From an uncultured Candidatus Saccharibacteria bacterium (GTDB lineage Bacteria > Patescibacteriota > Minisyncoccia > Phycocordibacterales > CALRHW01), in NCBI GenBank assembly GCA_964390845.1, contig CAYMIL010000002.1, forward strand, positions 108,593 through 172,592: 64,000 nucleotides of DNA, in the 5' to 3' direction. The translations under genes were made by a program, and so were the position numbers. Shown in pieces: positions 56,172 through 64,000 of this stretch. The notes under the pieces were generated by a model, which made no database searches, was not told the origin of the DNA, and saw only the letters and a list, made by a program, of their open reading frames with translations. Every line of letters starts with the position of its first letter. Position 1 is the first letter of the stretch.

Positions 56172-56744
56172 ATGGAGAATCTACAGCCGAAGAGCGCGGA
56201 TGACCTTCGCGCGCTTCTCAGAAGCTATGACATTTCCGCTACGTTGTGGGGTGTCGGCAAAGCGAAGACGATCGAGCATCTCCTTGCTGAAATCGAAAGC
56301 GGGGAGTGTGTGCTACAGCGTCAGCCCGTTGGTCTCGTGCGAACCATTCACTTGGTTGCCGTTGAGGTGTTCCATGTCGATGGCGACGTCACATGGAAGC
56401 TGCGCGAAGACCGCCAGGAGTTCAAGGATGGTCGAGTGCGCCGTCGGGGCTACGAACGTCTCGGGGAGAAGGTTGCACCCGGTGAGTCTGCCAGAGATGC
56501 GGCGTGTCGGGCACTTCGTGAGGAGCTCGGGATTACAGCTCTGCTCGGGCTTCGCGCTGGGGAGCTGTCGTACCGTGGACCGGAAAAGTCTACGTCCTAC
56601 CCAGGTCTTCTGACGATGTACCAAACGAGCCCGTTCACTGTGCTTCTTCCGAAGGCTTGCTTCAGGCGGGAGGGGTATGTCGAGGTCCAGAAGGACAAGA
56701 CGACACACTTCCTGTGGCTACAGGTTCTCGGGGGACCCTACTAG
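56172..56744 (+). CDS. NUDIX hydrolase
   Basis: Nudix box GEKVAPGESARDAACRALREELGI (GX5EX7REUXEEXGU); SD GGAAAGGAGG upstream. Confidence 0.7.
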   Translation: MENLQPKSADDLRALLRSYDISATLWGVGKAKTIEHLLAEIESGECVLQRQPVGLVRTIHLVAVEVFHVDGDVTWKLREDRQEFKDGRVRRRGYERLGEKVAPGESARDAACRALREELGITALLGLRAGELSYRGPEKSTSYPGLLTMYQTSPFTVLLPKACFRREGYVEVQKDKTTHFLWLQVLGGPY

Positions 56745-56763
56745 TTCTAGTGCGTTCAAACTC

Positions 56764-56793
56764 GGGGCCGGACATGCGTGCATGTCCGGCCCC
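56764..56793. repeat. Perfect 30-nt GC palindrome (terminator-like hairpin) after NUDIX gene
   Basis: GGGGCCGGACATGCGTGCATGTCCGGCCCC. Confidence 0.55.
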
Positions 56794-56896
56794 TGCTCGT
56801 TTCCACCCGCCCACGCTCCTAGTTGACACGTTCTCTAAAAAGAGTATTATTGTTTTTGTGAGCGCCCTCGGGGCGTTTTTTAGTAAGAAAATACCT

Positions 56897-57076
56897 ATGA
56901 AAATTGTTGAATATCTCAAAGAGACTCGGGGAGAACTCAAGCACGTGAGCTGGCCAACTCGACGCCAGACTATTGTATTTACAATGGTTGTGATTCTTAT
57001 CTCTATCGGTGTTGCAGTCTTCCTTGGCTTCTTTGATTTTATTTTTGCCGAAATTCTCCGTAAGTTTGTTCTCTAA
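56897..57076 (+). CDS. secE: Preprotein translocase subunit SecE
   Basis: 59 aa; LKHVSWPTRRQT then single TM; precedes nusG. Confidence 0.85.
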   Translation: MKIVEYLKETRGELKHVSWPTRRQTIVFTMVVILISIGVAVFLGFFDFIFAEILRKFVL

Positions 57077-57084
57077 TACGCATT

Positions 57085-57630
57085 ATGTCACGACAAAAAA
57101 TACAAGAGGGTCGCAATTGGTACGTGATCCACACATACGCGGGCTATGAAAATGCAGTGATGCGCAATCTTAAACAGCGCATCGAGTCGCTTGGTATGGA
57201 AGATAAGATTTTTAATGTTATCGTTCCGACTGAAAAGAAGATTAAAATAAAGGGAGGGAAGCGCGTTGAGGAAGAAGAGAAAATCTACCCCGGATACATC
57301 CTTGTTGATATGGTTGTGACAGATGATTCATGGTATGTCGTGCGCAATACTCCGCGCGTAACGGGTTTTGTTGGTTCTGGTGTATACCCAGTACCTATCG
57401 ACAAAGCAGAAGTCGATGAGCTCTTCCGACGCATGAACGCAGACACTGCAAAGCACAATATCGACCTCTCTACAGAAGACACTGTCAAGATTGTCGACGG
57501 TCCATTTAAGGATCTTGAGGGTAAGGTTTCAGCTGTCGACACTGAGCGTGGCAAGGTAAAGGTTCTTGTGGCGATGTTCGGCCGAGAAACCCCTGTTGAG
57601 CTCGATTTCTTGCAAGTAAGAAAGATTTAA
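57085..57630 (+). CDS. nusG: Transcription termination/antitermination factor NusG
   Basis: NWYVIHTYAGYENAV NGN domain; C-terminal KOW; secE-nusG-rplK order. Confidence 0.9.
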   Translation: MSRQKIQEGRNWYVIHTYAGYENAVMRNLKQRIESLGMEDKIFNVIVPTEKKIKIKGGKRVEEEEKIYPGYILVDMVVTDDSWYVVRNTPRVTGFVGSGVYPVPIDKAEVDELFRRMNADTAKHNIDLSTEDTVKIVDGPFKDLEGKVSAVDTERGKVKVLVAMFGRETPVELDFLQVRKI

Positions 57631-57651
57631 GGTAAGGTATCCCTACAACAT

Positions 57652-58077
57652 ATGGCAAAGAAAGTAACCAAAAAACTAAAGCTTGTGATTCCGGCCGGCA
57701 AGGCAAATCCTGCCCCTCCGGTTGGTCCTGCCCTCGGTCAGGCTGGTGTTAACATCGGCGAGTTCGTGAAGCAGTTCAACGACCGAACAAAAGACATGAT
57801 GGGCGACATTGTGCCTGTAGAAATCTCTGTGTTCGAAGATCGTTCGTTCTCTTTTGTGCTCAAGACTCCTCCAGCATCAAGCCTTATCCTAAAGGCGATT
57901 GGAGTAGAGAAAGGCTCTGGAACAAACAAGACAAAGAAAGCAGGGAAGATCAGCAAGGCAAAGATTCGAGAGATTGCAGAAAAGAAACTCGTTGATCTTA
58001 ATGCTCACGACCTTGACGCGGCGTCCAACATTATTGCTGGTACAGCTCGCTCAATGGGAGTTGATGTCACAGAATAG
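57652..58077 (+). CDS. rplK: 50S ribosomal protein L11
   Basis: [35 protein letters not shown]. Confidence 0.95.
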   Translation: MAKKVTKKLKLVIPAGKANPAPPVGPALGQAGVNIGEFVKQFNDRTKDMMGDIVPVEISVFEDRSFSFVLKTPPASSLILKAIGVEKGSGTNKTKKAGKISKAKIREIAEKKLVDLNAHDLDAASNIIAGTARSMGVDVTE

Positions 58078-58102
58078 CTCGAGAATAACACTAACTCATA
58101 TC

Positions 58103-58130
58103 AAAAAACCGGCGTCAAGCCGGTTTTTTG
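58103..58130 (+). terminator. Rho-independent terminator after rplK
   Basis: ACCGGCGTCAAGCCGGT hairpin + TTTTTT. Confidence 0.7.
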
Positions 58131-58170
58131 TTGTGGGAACATAGTGGTGCCGTGTTAAAATAATTGGAAC

Positions 58171-59280
58171 ATGGGACAGAAATTCCAGACAACGAAGCAC
58201 GGTGCGCTGCCATACCAAACGATTGTTGACCTCATTTCTGCGCGATGTATCATCGGCGCAAAGGAGGGGAATGTTAAGCCATCATCCCTCGATCTCTCTC
58301 TTTCTCGGGAAGTATATAGTGTTGAAGGAATTTTTCAGCCACGAAAAGCAGAAACGGTGCGTGAGGTGCTTGAGCAGATACGAAAAAAGAAACACGATAT
58401 TTCTGTGCCACTGAAGCGAGGGCAGATGTATATGGTACGACTCAACGAGACACTTGCGCTACCTCGCGACGTGTATGCGTTTTGCAATCCAAAATCTACA
58501 AGCGGACGCATGGATATGCACGTGCGTTTGCTTGCGGATAGGGTTTCTCGCTACGATTCGGTAACGCGTGGTTTTAAGGGTGAGTTGTGGGTGTCCGTTG
58601 TACCCAACACATTCTCTGTGTTGTTGCACGAGGGCTTGAGTCTCAACCAGCTTCGGTTTTTTAACACAGATACACGACTGAGCGATGTCGATATTGAGCG
58701 CGCAATGAAACAGCACAAGCTCTTGTGGAATGGGCAGACATCAAAAGCATACAAGAGCTCAGATATTTCTATACGCGACAACGATGGGTCGATTATTCTT
58801 ACACTCGATTTGGAAAGCACTGTGCTTGGGTATGAGGCGATGCCGACTCAGGAGACTGTCGATTTGTCTCGTATTGGCGCATACAATGCAAAAAAGTTTT
58901 TTAAGCCTGTCTCCTGTAAAAACGGTTTTCTCTATTTGAAGAAAGATGCGTTTTATATTCTCTCTACGCATGAAGCGGTGCGCGTGCCTCCCGAGCTTGC
59001 ATGTGAGATGTTGCCGATGGACGAGCGTAGTGGAGATTTTCGTTCACATTATGCCGGCTTTATTGACCCAGGGTGGGGGTGGGGAAAGCGCGGAGAGGAG
59101 AAAGGGAGAACACTGACGCTTGAGGTACGCCCGTTTGAGGATTTGATTGTCCGCCAAGGACAGCCTATTGCCAAGATTCGTTTTGAGCGTATGGCTGAAG
59201 TGCCAACACATGTGTACGATACGTTGTCTTCAAATTACAGCGTGCAAAAGGGGCCGAAATTAGCAAAACATTTTAAATAA
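58171..59280 (+). CDS. dCTP deaminase-like protein, long (DCD-family-like, ~370 aa)
   Basis: dUTPase/dCTP-deaminase superfamily motif III GFIDPGWGWG...TLTLEV; size; heads a dTTP-synthesis gene cluster. Confidence 0.45.
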   Translation: MGQKFQTTKHGALPYQTIVDLISARCIIGAKEGNVKPSSLDLSLSREVYSVEGIFQPRKAETVREVLEQIRKKKHDISVPLKRGQMYMVRLNETLALPRDVYAFCNPKSTSGRMDMHVRLLADRVSRYDSVTRGFKGELWVSVVPNTFSVLLHEGLSLNQLRFFNTDTRLSDVDIERAMKQHKLLWNGQTSKAYKSSDISIRDNDGSIILTLDLESTVLGYEAMPTQETVDLSRIGAYNAKKFFKPVSCKNGFLYLKKDAFYILSTHEAVRVPPELACEMLPMDERSGDFRSHYAGFIDPGWGWGKRGEEKGRTLTLEVRPFEDLIVRQGQPIAKIRFERMAEVPTHVYDTLSSNYSVQKGPKLAKHFK

Positions 59281-59302
59281 CTGCGCGCCGCGCATACATG
59301 CC

Positions 59303-60592
59303 ATGAAAACCTTTGTCTACGATGAGTTTAATCCACAAGATGTTGCGATGATGCAGGCGTTGTATTCACGAAGTGCGGCGAGCGTTGAAGAGCATGTAGA
59401 AAAAGTGCGTACGTCTGGCTCGGGTAAGTTTATGGAAAAGTATTATGTCGGGTACGGTCATGCGTCTATTGCGGACTGTGGTTCGACGACAGTCTTTGTG
59501 GAGGGCGTGAGTATGCTTGCGGCAAAAGCGATACAGGATTGGCCAATGTATTCTGGTCAGGAGACAAGCTCTCGGTATATCGACATGTCAAAGCAGGCGA
59601 TTGTCGATCCTGTCGGTACGAAAGCATCAAAGCAGATTATGCAGAGGTGGATGGATTTTTATACCGCAGAGCAGGGCGCAGTAGAAGCGCACCTTCGAGA
59701 AAAATATCCGCGCAAAGATGGGGAAGATGAAGGGGTGTATACGCGTGCCATCAAAGCGCGAATCTTTGATATCTTGCGGGGGTTTTTGCCAGCGGGCGTT
59801 ACAACACAGTTGAGCTGGCATACAAATTTGCGCCAAGCCCACGACAAACTTTCACTTCTCGACCACCATCCACTTAAAGAGATTGCGACCATATCTCACG
59901 ATATCCACACCAAGCTCAAGGAGAAATATCCAAACAGTTTTGGGCACCAGCTGTATCCAAAGCAAGAAGCGTATCGGAAGTTTCTTGCAGATAAATACAC
60001 GTACTACTTCAATGGCAAGGTGCGAGGTTTTAAGACGACGACGACAATTCGCCCTACGGAGCTTATGGCATACAAAGATGTGCTCATGAAGCGCCCGATA
60101 AAGACAAATCTTCCAAACTTTCTTGCTGAGCTTGGTATGGTGACATTTGAATTTCTCCTTGACTTCGGCTCGTTCCGCGATATTCAGCGTCATCGCAACG
60201 GAGTATGTCGTATGCCACTTCTCACAACATCGTACGGTTTTCATGAATGGTATCTTGCGCAGTTGCCACGAGAGACTCGCACTCGCGCGGAGAAGCTTAT
60301 CAAAGAGCAGGTTCGTGCAATAAAGGCGCTTAAGGTTTCAAAAGATAGTGCTCAGTATTATGTAGCGATGGGCTTTAAGGTTGCGTGTCGCGTATCCTAC
60401 GGTATTCCTGCGGCAGTGTATACGATGGAGTTGCGTTCTGGTCGTCTTGTACATCCAACACTACGCGCTGTTGCACACCAGATGTATCGTGGTCTCAAAA
60501 AGAAATTCCCGAAGCTCACACTTCACGCGGATCTTGATCTGGACGACTGGGACATTCGCCGAGGTTTGCAGGATATTAAAGAGAAAAAATAA
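59303..60592 (+). CDS. ThyX-like protein (putative divergent flavin-dependent thymidylate synthase, long form)
   Basis: GYGHASIADCGSTTVFVEGVSMLAAK resembles ThyX GHxSVxEHxxxTFxIEGxSR; an RHR triplet occurs later (DIQRHRNG); sits between dCTP-deaminase-like and glyA/tmk/dut. Confidence 0.4.
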   Translation: MKTFVYDEFNPQDVAMMQALYSRSAASVEEHVEKVRTSGSGKFMEKYYVGYGHASIADCGSTTVFVEGVSMLAAKAIQDWPMYSGQETSSRYIDMSKQAIVDPVGTKASKQIMQRWMDFYTAEQGAVEAHLREKYPRKDGEDEGVYTRAIKARIFDILRGFLPAGVTTQLSWHTNLRQAHDKLSLLDHHPLKEIATISHDIHTKLKEKYPNSFGHQLYPKQEAYRKFLADKYTYYFNGKVRGFKTTTTIRPTELMAYKDVLMKRPIKTNLPNFLAELGMVTFEFLLDFGSFRDIQRHRNGVCRMPLLTTSYGFHEWYLAQLPRETRTRAEKLIKEQVRAIKALKVSKDSAQYYVAMGFKVACRVSYGIPAAVYTMELRSGRLVHPTLRAVAHQMYRGLKKKFPKLTLHADLDLDDWDIRRGLQDIKEKK

Positions 60593-60603
60593 AACGAACG
60601 CAC

Positions 60604-61779
60604 ATGAAAGACAAACAGATCGAAAAACTCATAAAGGCAGAGAAGGTGCGGCAGGGGAAAGTCATCAATCTCATTGCCTCAGAAAATTATGTGTCGGCAG
60701 ATGTGCTCGTGGCGCTCGGCTCCGAGCTTACCAATAAGTATGCAGAAGGATATCCGGGCAAGCGGTACTACGGCGGGCAAGCAGTGGTAGACGAAATAGA
60801 AAATGTATGTCGCGCGAGAGCGCTTGCGCTTTTTGGGCTTTCAGCAAAGCAGTGGCATGTAAACGTTCAGCCACTTTCTGGGTCTCCAGCAAATGTTGCG
60901 GTGTATACAGCGCTTGTGTCTCCACATGGAAAAATCATGGGTATGAGTCTCGATCAAGGCGGACATCTTACACACGGTCACAAGGTGTCGGTAACGGGAA
61001 AGTTTTGGAATCAGGTTCCATTTGGTGTCGATAAAAATACTGAAGTGCTCGATTATGCAGAGCTTAAAAACATTGCACTCGAACATAAGCCTAATATCAT
61101 TGTCGCGGGTTTTACCGCATATCCCCGTACTGTGGATTTCAAGAAGTTTCGTGACATTGCCGATGCGTGTGGCGCATATCTTATGGTAGATATGTCCCAT
61201 GTCGCGGGACTTGTTGCGGGTGGTGCATACCCATCGCCGTTTAAATATGCAGATGTCGTCACGACGACCGTGCACAAGACACTTCGTGGTCCACGTAGCG
61301 CCATGATTTTTGTTCGCAAAGACAAGCGTGAACTCGACAAACTCATCGACAAAGCGGTGTTTCCGGGTATGCAGGGTGGCCCGCACCTCAACCAAATCGC
61401 GGCGGTTGCCGTTGCTCTTAAAGAGGCGGCGACTCCAGCGTTTAAAAAATACGCGGCACAGGTCGTGAAAAACGCGCAGACACTTGCGTCCGAGCTTAGT
61501 AAGCGCGGTTGGAAGATTATTTCCGGTGGCACCGATAGTCACTTGGTACTTGTTGATACGTGGATGAGTGGAAAGGGGATTTCTGGAAGTGATGCAAGTG
61601 CTCGTTTGGAGAAAGCGGGAATTATTGTAAACAAAAACACAATTCCATACGAAACACGCTCACCATTTGACCCGTCTGGTATCCGCCTCGGCACTGCCGC
61701 TGAAACGACGCGTGGCGCGAAAGAAAAAGATTTCAAACGTATCGCAGAAAAGATTGATCAGATATTAAGAAAAAAATAA
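60604..61779 (+). CDS. glyA: Serine hydroxymethyltransferase
   Basis: PLP-lysine region HLTHGHKVSVTGK; SHMT N-terminus ...LIASENYVS. Confidence 0.9.
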   Translation: MKDKQIEKLIKAEKVRQGKVINLIASENYVSADVLVALGSELTNKYAEGYPGKRYYGGQAVVDEIENVCRARALALFGLSAKQWHVNVQPLSGSPANVAVYTALVSPHGKIMGMSLDQGGHLTHGHKVSVTGKFWNQVPFGVDKNTEVLDYAELKNIALEHKPNIIVAGFTAYPRTVDFKKFRDIADACGAYLMVDMSHVAGLVAGGAYPSPFKYADVVTTTVHKTLRGPRSAMIFVRKDKRELDKLIDKAVFPGMQGGPHLNQIAAVAVALKEAATPAFKKYAAQVVKNAQTLASELSKRGWKIISGGTDSHLVLVDTWMSGKGISGSDASARLEKAGIIVNKNTIPYETRSPFDPSGIRLGTAAETTRGAKEKDFKRIAEKIDQILRKK

Positions 61780-61786
61780 CGCATAT

Positions 61787-62500
61787 ATGGCAACAAAAGG
61801 AAAACTCATTGTCATCGACGGTATCGACGGATCGGGGAAGGCAACACAGGTGGCACTCCTTAAACAGCGCCTCACTAAAGAGAAAATCAAGGTAAAGACA
61901 ATAGACTTTCCGCGATATCAGGACAATTTTTTCGGCGCGCTTATTGGAAAGTATCTTTCCGGTATCTACGGAGATTTTATTGCCATGGATCCACGTGTTG
62001 CATCAGTGCTCTATGCGGCCGATCGTTTTGAATCAAGCGCACAGATACGGGCGTGGCTTGATGCAGGCTACACAGTGATTGCCGACAGATACGTGAGTGC
62101 AAACCAGATTCATCAAGGAGGAAAAATCGCTAATCCAAAAGAGCGAAAAGAATTTCTCGAATACCTCGATGAAATGGAGCATGGAGCGTTTAAGACACCT
62201 CGACCAGACCTTGTCATATATCTCGATGTTCCGTTTGAGGTGAGTCGTGCGTGGCTTCAGAAAAAAGTCGCCCAACGCAAGAAAACATATCTCAAGGGTG
62301 GGCGTAAGGATGTGGCTGAGGACAACTTGCTTCACCTAAAACACTCACGCGAGAGCGCGCTTAGCTTACAGAAGACACATAAGAATTGGGAGAAGGTGCA
62401 GTGCTGTGACGGAATGGTGTGTATGTTGCCGGAGCAGGTACACGAACAGGTGTATACTATCGTGAGTAAGCATCTTCGTCTGAAGAAGAAAAAAGCATAA
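61787..62500 (+). CDS. tmk: Thymidylate kinase
   Basis: P-loop LIVIDGIDGSGKATQ; DRY-like motif ADRYVSAN. Confidence 0.9.
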   Translation: MATKGKLIVIDGIDGSGKATQVALLKQRLTKEKIKVKTIDFPRYQDNFFGALIGKYLSGIYGDFIAMDPRVASVLYAADRFESSAQIRAWLDAGYTVIADRYVSANQIHQGGKIANPKERKEFLEYLDEMEHGAFKTPRPDLVIYLDVPFEVSRAWLQKKVAQRKKTYLKGGRKDVAEDNLLHLKHSRESALSLQKTHKNWEKVQCCDGMVCMLPEQVHEQVYTIVSKHLRLKKKKA

Positions 62501-62504
62501 GAAT

Positions 62505-62933
62505 ATGCCACTTTCATTACGTATAAAAAAATTACGCCCAGACAGTACGATGCCAAGCTATGCACATCCAGGGGATGCGGGGCTTGATTTGTATGCTGCC
62601 GAAACAACGACGGTTGCCCCGGGGCAAAACGTTGCCGTGCCGACGGGTGTTGCCATGGAAATTCCAGACGGCTATGTCGGTCTTATTTGGGACAAAAGCG
62701 GGCTTGCTATAAAAAACCGCCTCAAGACACTCGGTGGGGTGGTGGATAGTGGCTATCGTGGCGAGGTTCTCGTTGGTATGATAAATTTATCGTCCGAGCC
62801 GTATACCTTTGAAAAGAGGCATAAAGTTGCCCAGATGGTTATCCAGAAAAAGGAGGATGTGCGCGTCGAGGAGGTAGACGAGCTCTCAGATACAGTGCGT
62901 GGTACAGGTGGTTTTGGTAGTACGGGAAAATAG
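62505..62933 (+). CDS. dut: dUTP diphosphatase
   Basis: dUTPase motifs AGLDLYA, GVVDSGYRGEV; C-terminal RGTGGFGSTGK. Confidence 0.9.
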   Translation: MPLSLRIKKLRPDSTMPSYAHPGDAGLDLYAAETTTVAPGQNVAVPTGVAMEIPDGYVGLIWDKSGLAIKNRLKTLGGVVDSGYRGEVLVGMINLSSEPYTFEKRHKVAQMVIQKKEDVRVEEVDELSDTVRGTGGFGSTGK

Positions 62934-62950
62934 CGACGGAGAAATTTTAC

Positions 62951-64000
62951 ATGAAAGATATTCAGGAAATAATAAAAAAAGAATTGGTGGTGCATGGTTT
63001 TGTGGCCGAGGACATTTCGCTTGCGCGCCCGAAAGATATTTCACATGGCGACTATGCATTTTTCGTGCGTGATCCGTCTATCGACCTCACACGTTTTTCT
63101 ACTCCCATAGCTGGCACACATCAATATATAGAGAGCGTTAGTGCTACAGGCCGTTTCGTAAATATCAAACTCTCGCCGGCATTTTTTGCTGACATGATTT
63201 TTGCAATACATGCGATGCCGGATTCCTACGGCAAAAACACGCTTCGCGAAGGCGAGCGGGTGATTATGGAATACACCGACCCGAATCCGTTTAAGCAATT
63301 TCATATCGGCCACCTCATGAGCAACGCTATCGGTGAAGCGCTTTCTCGCATTACTGCGTGGAGTGGCGCATCGGTGAAGCGCGCAAACTATCAGGGCGAT
63401 GTCGGCCCGCATGTAGCAAAAGCTATTTGGGGTATGCAGGAGCTCTCGGGCGAAATGCCACACGCAAAAGAACATCTTGCAAAGAAAACAGAATTTCTTG
63501 GTCGTGCATATGTGCACGGCTCAAACGCGTATGAGGATGACGAAAGCGCGAAAAAAGAAATCGATGCGCTCAACAAAGTTATTTACGAAAAGTCTGATCC
63601 GAAAGTAGTCGAACTCTACGACTGGGGCAGAAAAGCGAGCCTTGAGCATTTTGAAGAAATCTACGCGAAGCTTGGCACGACGTTCGATTACTATTTCTAC
63701 GAATCTGAATCCGCGCCACGGGGCATGTTTATTGTAGAAGACTTGCTTGCGCGCGGTATTTTGGAAAAGAGTGAGGGTGCTGTGGTGTTTAAGGGGGAGC
63801 AGTATGGTTTACATACGCGCGTTTTTGTTACTTCTGCTGGCCTGCCAACATATGAAGCAAAAGAGCTTGGTGTAAACAAAATGAAGTTTGATCGAGAACA
63901 CTTCGATCTCTCTGTCATTATCACCGCAAGTGAACAGAACGACCATTTCAAGGTTGTGCTCAAGGTGCTTGAGTTTGCCGATGCGTCGATCGCCAACAAG
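62951..64000 (+). CDS. argS: Arginyl-tRNA synthetase (5' partial, runs off the window end)
   Basis: Open frame to window end; HIGH-type motif PFKQFHIGHL; N-terminal Arg-tRNA-binding domain pattern. Confidence 0.85.
   Translation, partial: MKDIQEIIKKELVVHGFVAEDISLARPKDISHGDYAFFVRDPSIDLTRFSTPIAGTHQYIESVSATGRFVNIKLSPAFFADMIFAIHAMPDSYGKNTLREGERVIMEYTDPNPFKQFHIGHLMSNAIGEALSRITAWSGASVKRANYQGDVGPHVAKAIWGMQELSGEMPHAKEHLAKKTEFLGRAYVHGSNAYEDDESAKKEIDALNKVIYEKSDPKVVELYDWGRKASLEHFEEIYAKLGTTFDYYFYESESAPRGMFIVEDLLARGILEKSEGAVVFKGEQYGLHTRVFVTSAGLPTYEAKELGVNKMKFDREHFDLSVIITASEQNDHFKVVLKVLEFADASIANK

Noticed and set aside
56657-56896. 5' extension of the secE ORF
   Set aside because: Extension crosses the 30-nt palindrome/terminator after the NUDIX gene; SecE-like sequence starts at Met 56897
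1-64000. CRISPR arrays, restriction-modification or toxin-antitoxin defence loci
   Set aside because: Scanned for regularly spaced direct repeats and for REase/MTase/Cas signatures; none seen. The methyltransferases present look like small-molecule/RNA Class I MTases without partner nucleases

Overview
This 64-kb window looks like a chromosomal segment of a small-genome bacterium, probably Candidate Phyla Radiation (Patescibacteria / Parcubacteria-like). That placement is an inference from gene content and is not verified. The window contains the replication origin region: yidC-rnpA-rpmH on the minus strand, then dnaA-dnaN on the plus strand, with DnaA-box clusters on both sides of dnaA.

Its main parts:
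- Left end (0.1-11.4 kb): a type IV secretion (T4SS)-like island. It has VirB4 split into two ORFs, a VirB6/TrbL-like membrane protein, a PrgI/VirB3-like protein, a VirB2-like pilin and several secreted or membrane proteins of unknown function. No coupling protein or relaxase is present.
- Middle: housekeeping genes (PBP1A, tyrS, ruvC, yebC-like, ruvB, tsaE, polA, holA-like, trmH, fpg, amidase, Mur ligase, ruvA, rpsT, ruvX, rluA, rplS), two type IV pilus loci (pilB; pilM-N-O) and 7 tRNAs.
- tRNA-His (42.1 kb): a large serine recombinase gene ends inside the 3' acceptor stem of this tRNA. It opens a roughly 10-kb AT-rich integrative element carrying a class I ribonucleotide reductase (NrdA, plus NrdB with an N-terminal ATP-cone), a flavin-binding protein, and an ArsR-type regulator next to a copper nitrite reductase NirK.
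- 52.3-56.8 kb: a GC-rich block with methyltransferases, DedA, SIMPL and NUDIX genes.
- Right end: secE-nusG-rplK, then an operon-like cluster of dTTP-synthesis genes (DCD-like deaminase, divergent ThyX-like protein, glyA, tmk, dut), then the start of argS.

Two non-coding stretches (22.0-22.4 kb and 40.1-40.5 kb) look like structured RNAs. No CRISPR array or restriction-modification system was seen. All calls rest on motif recognition by eye; no database search was run.
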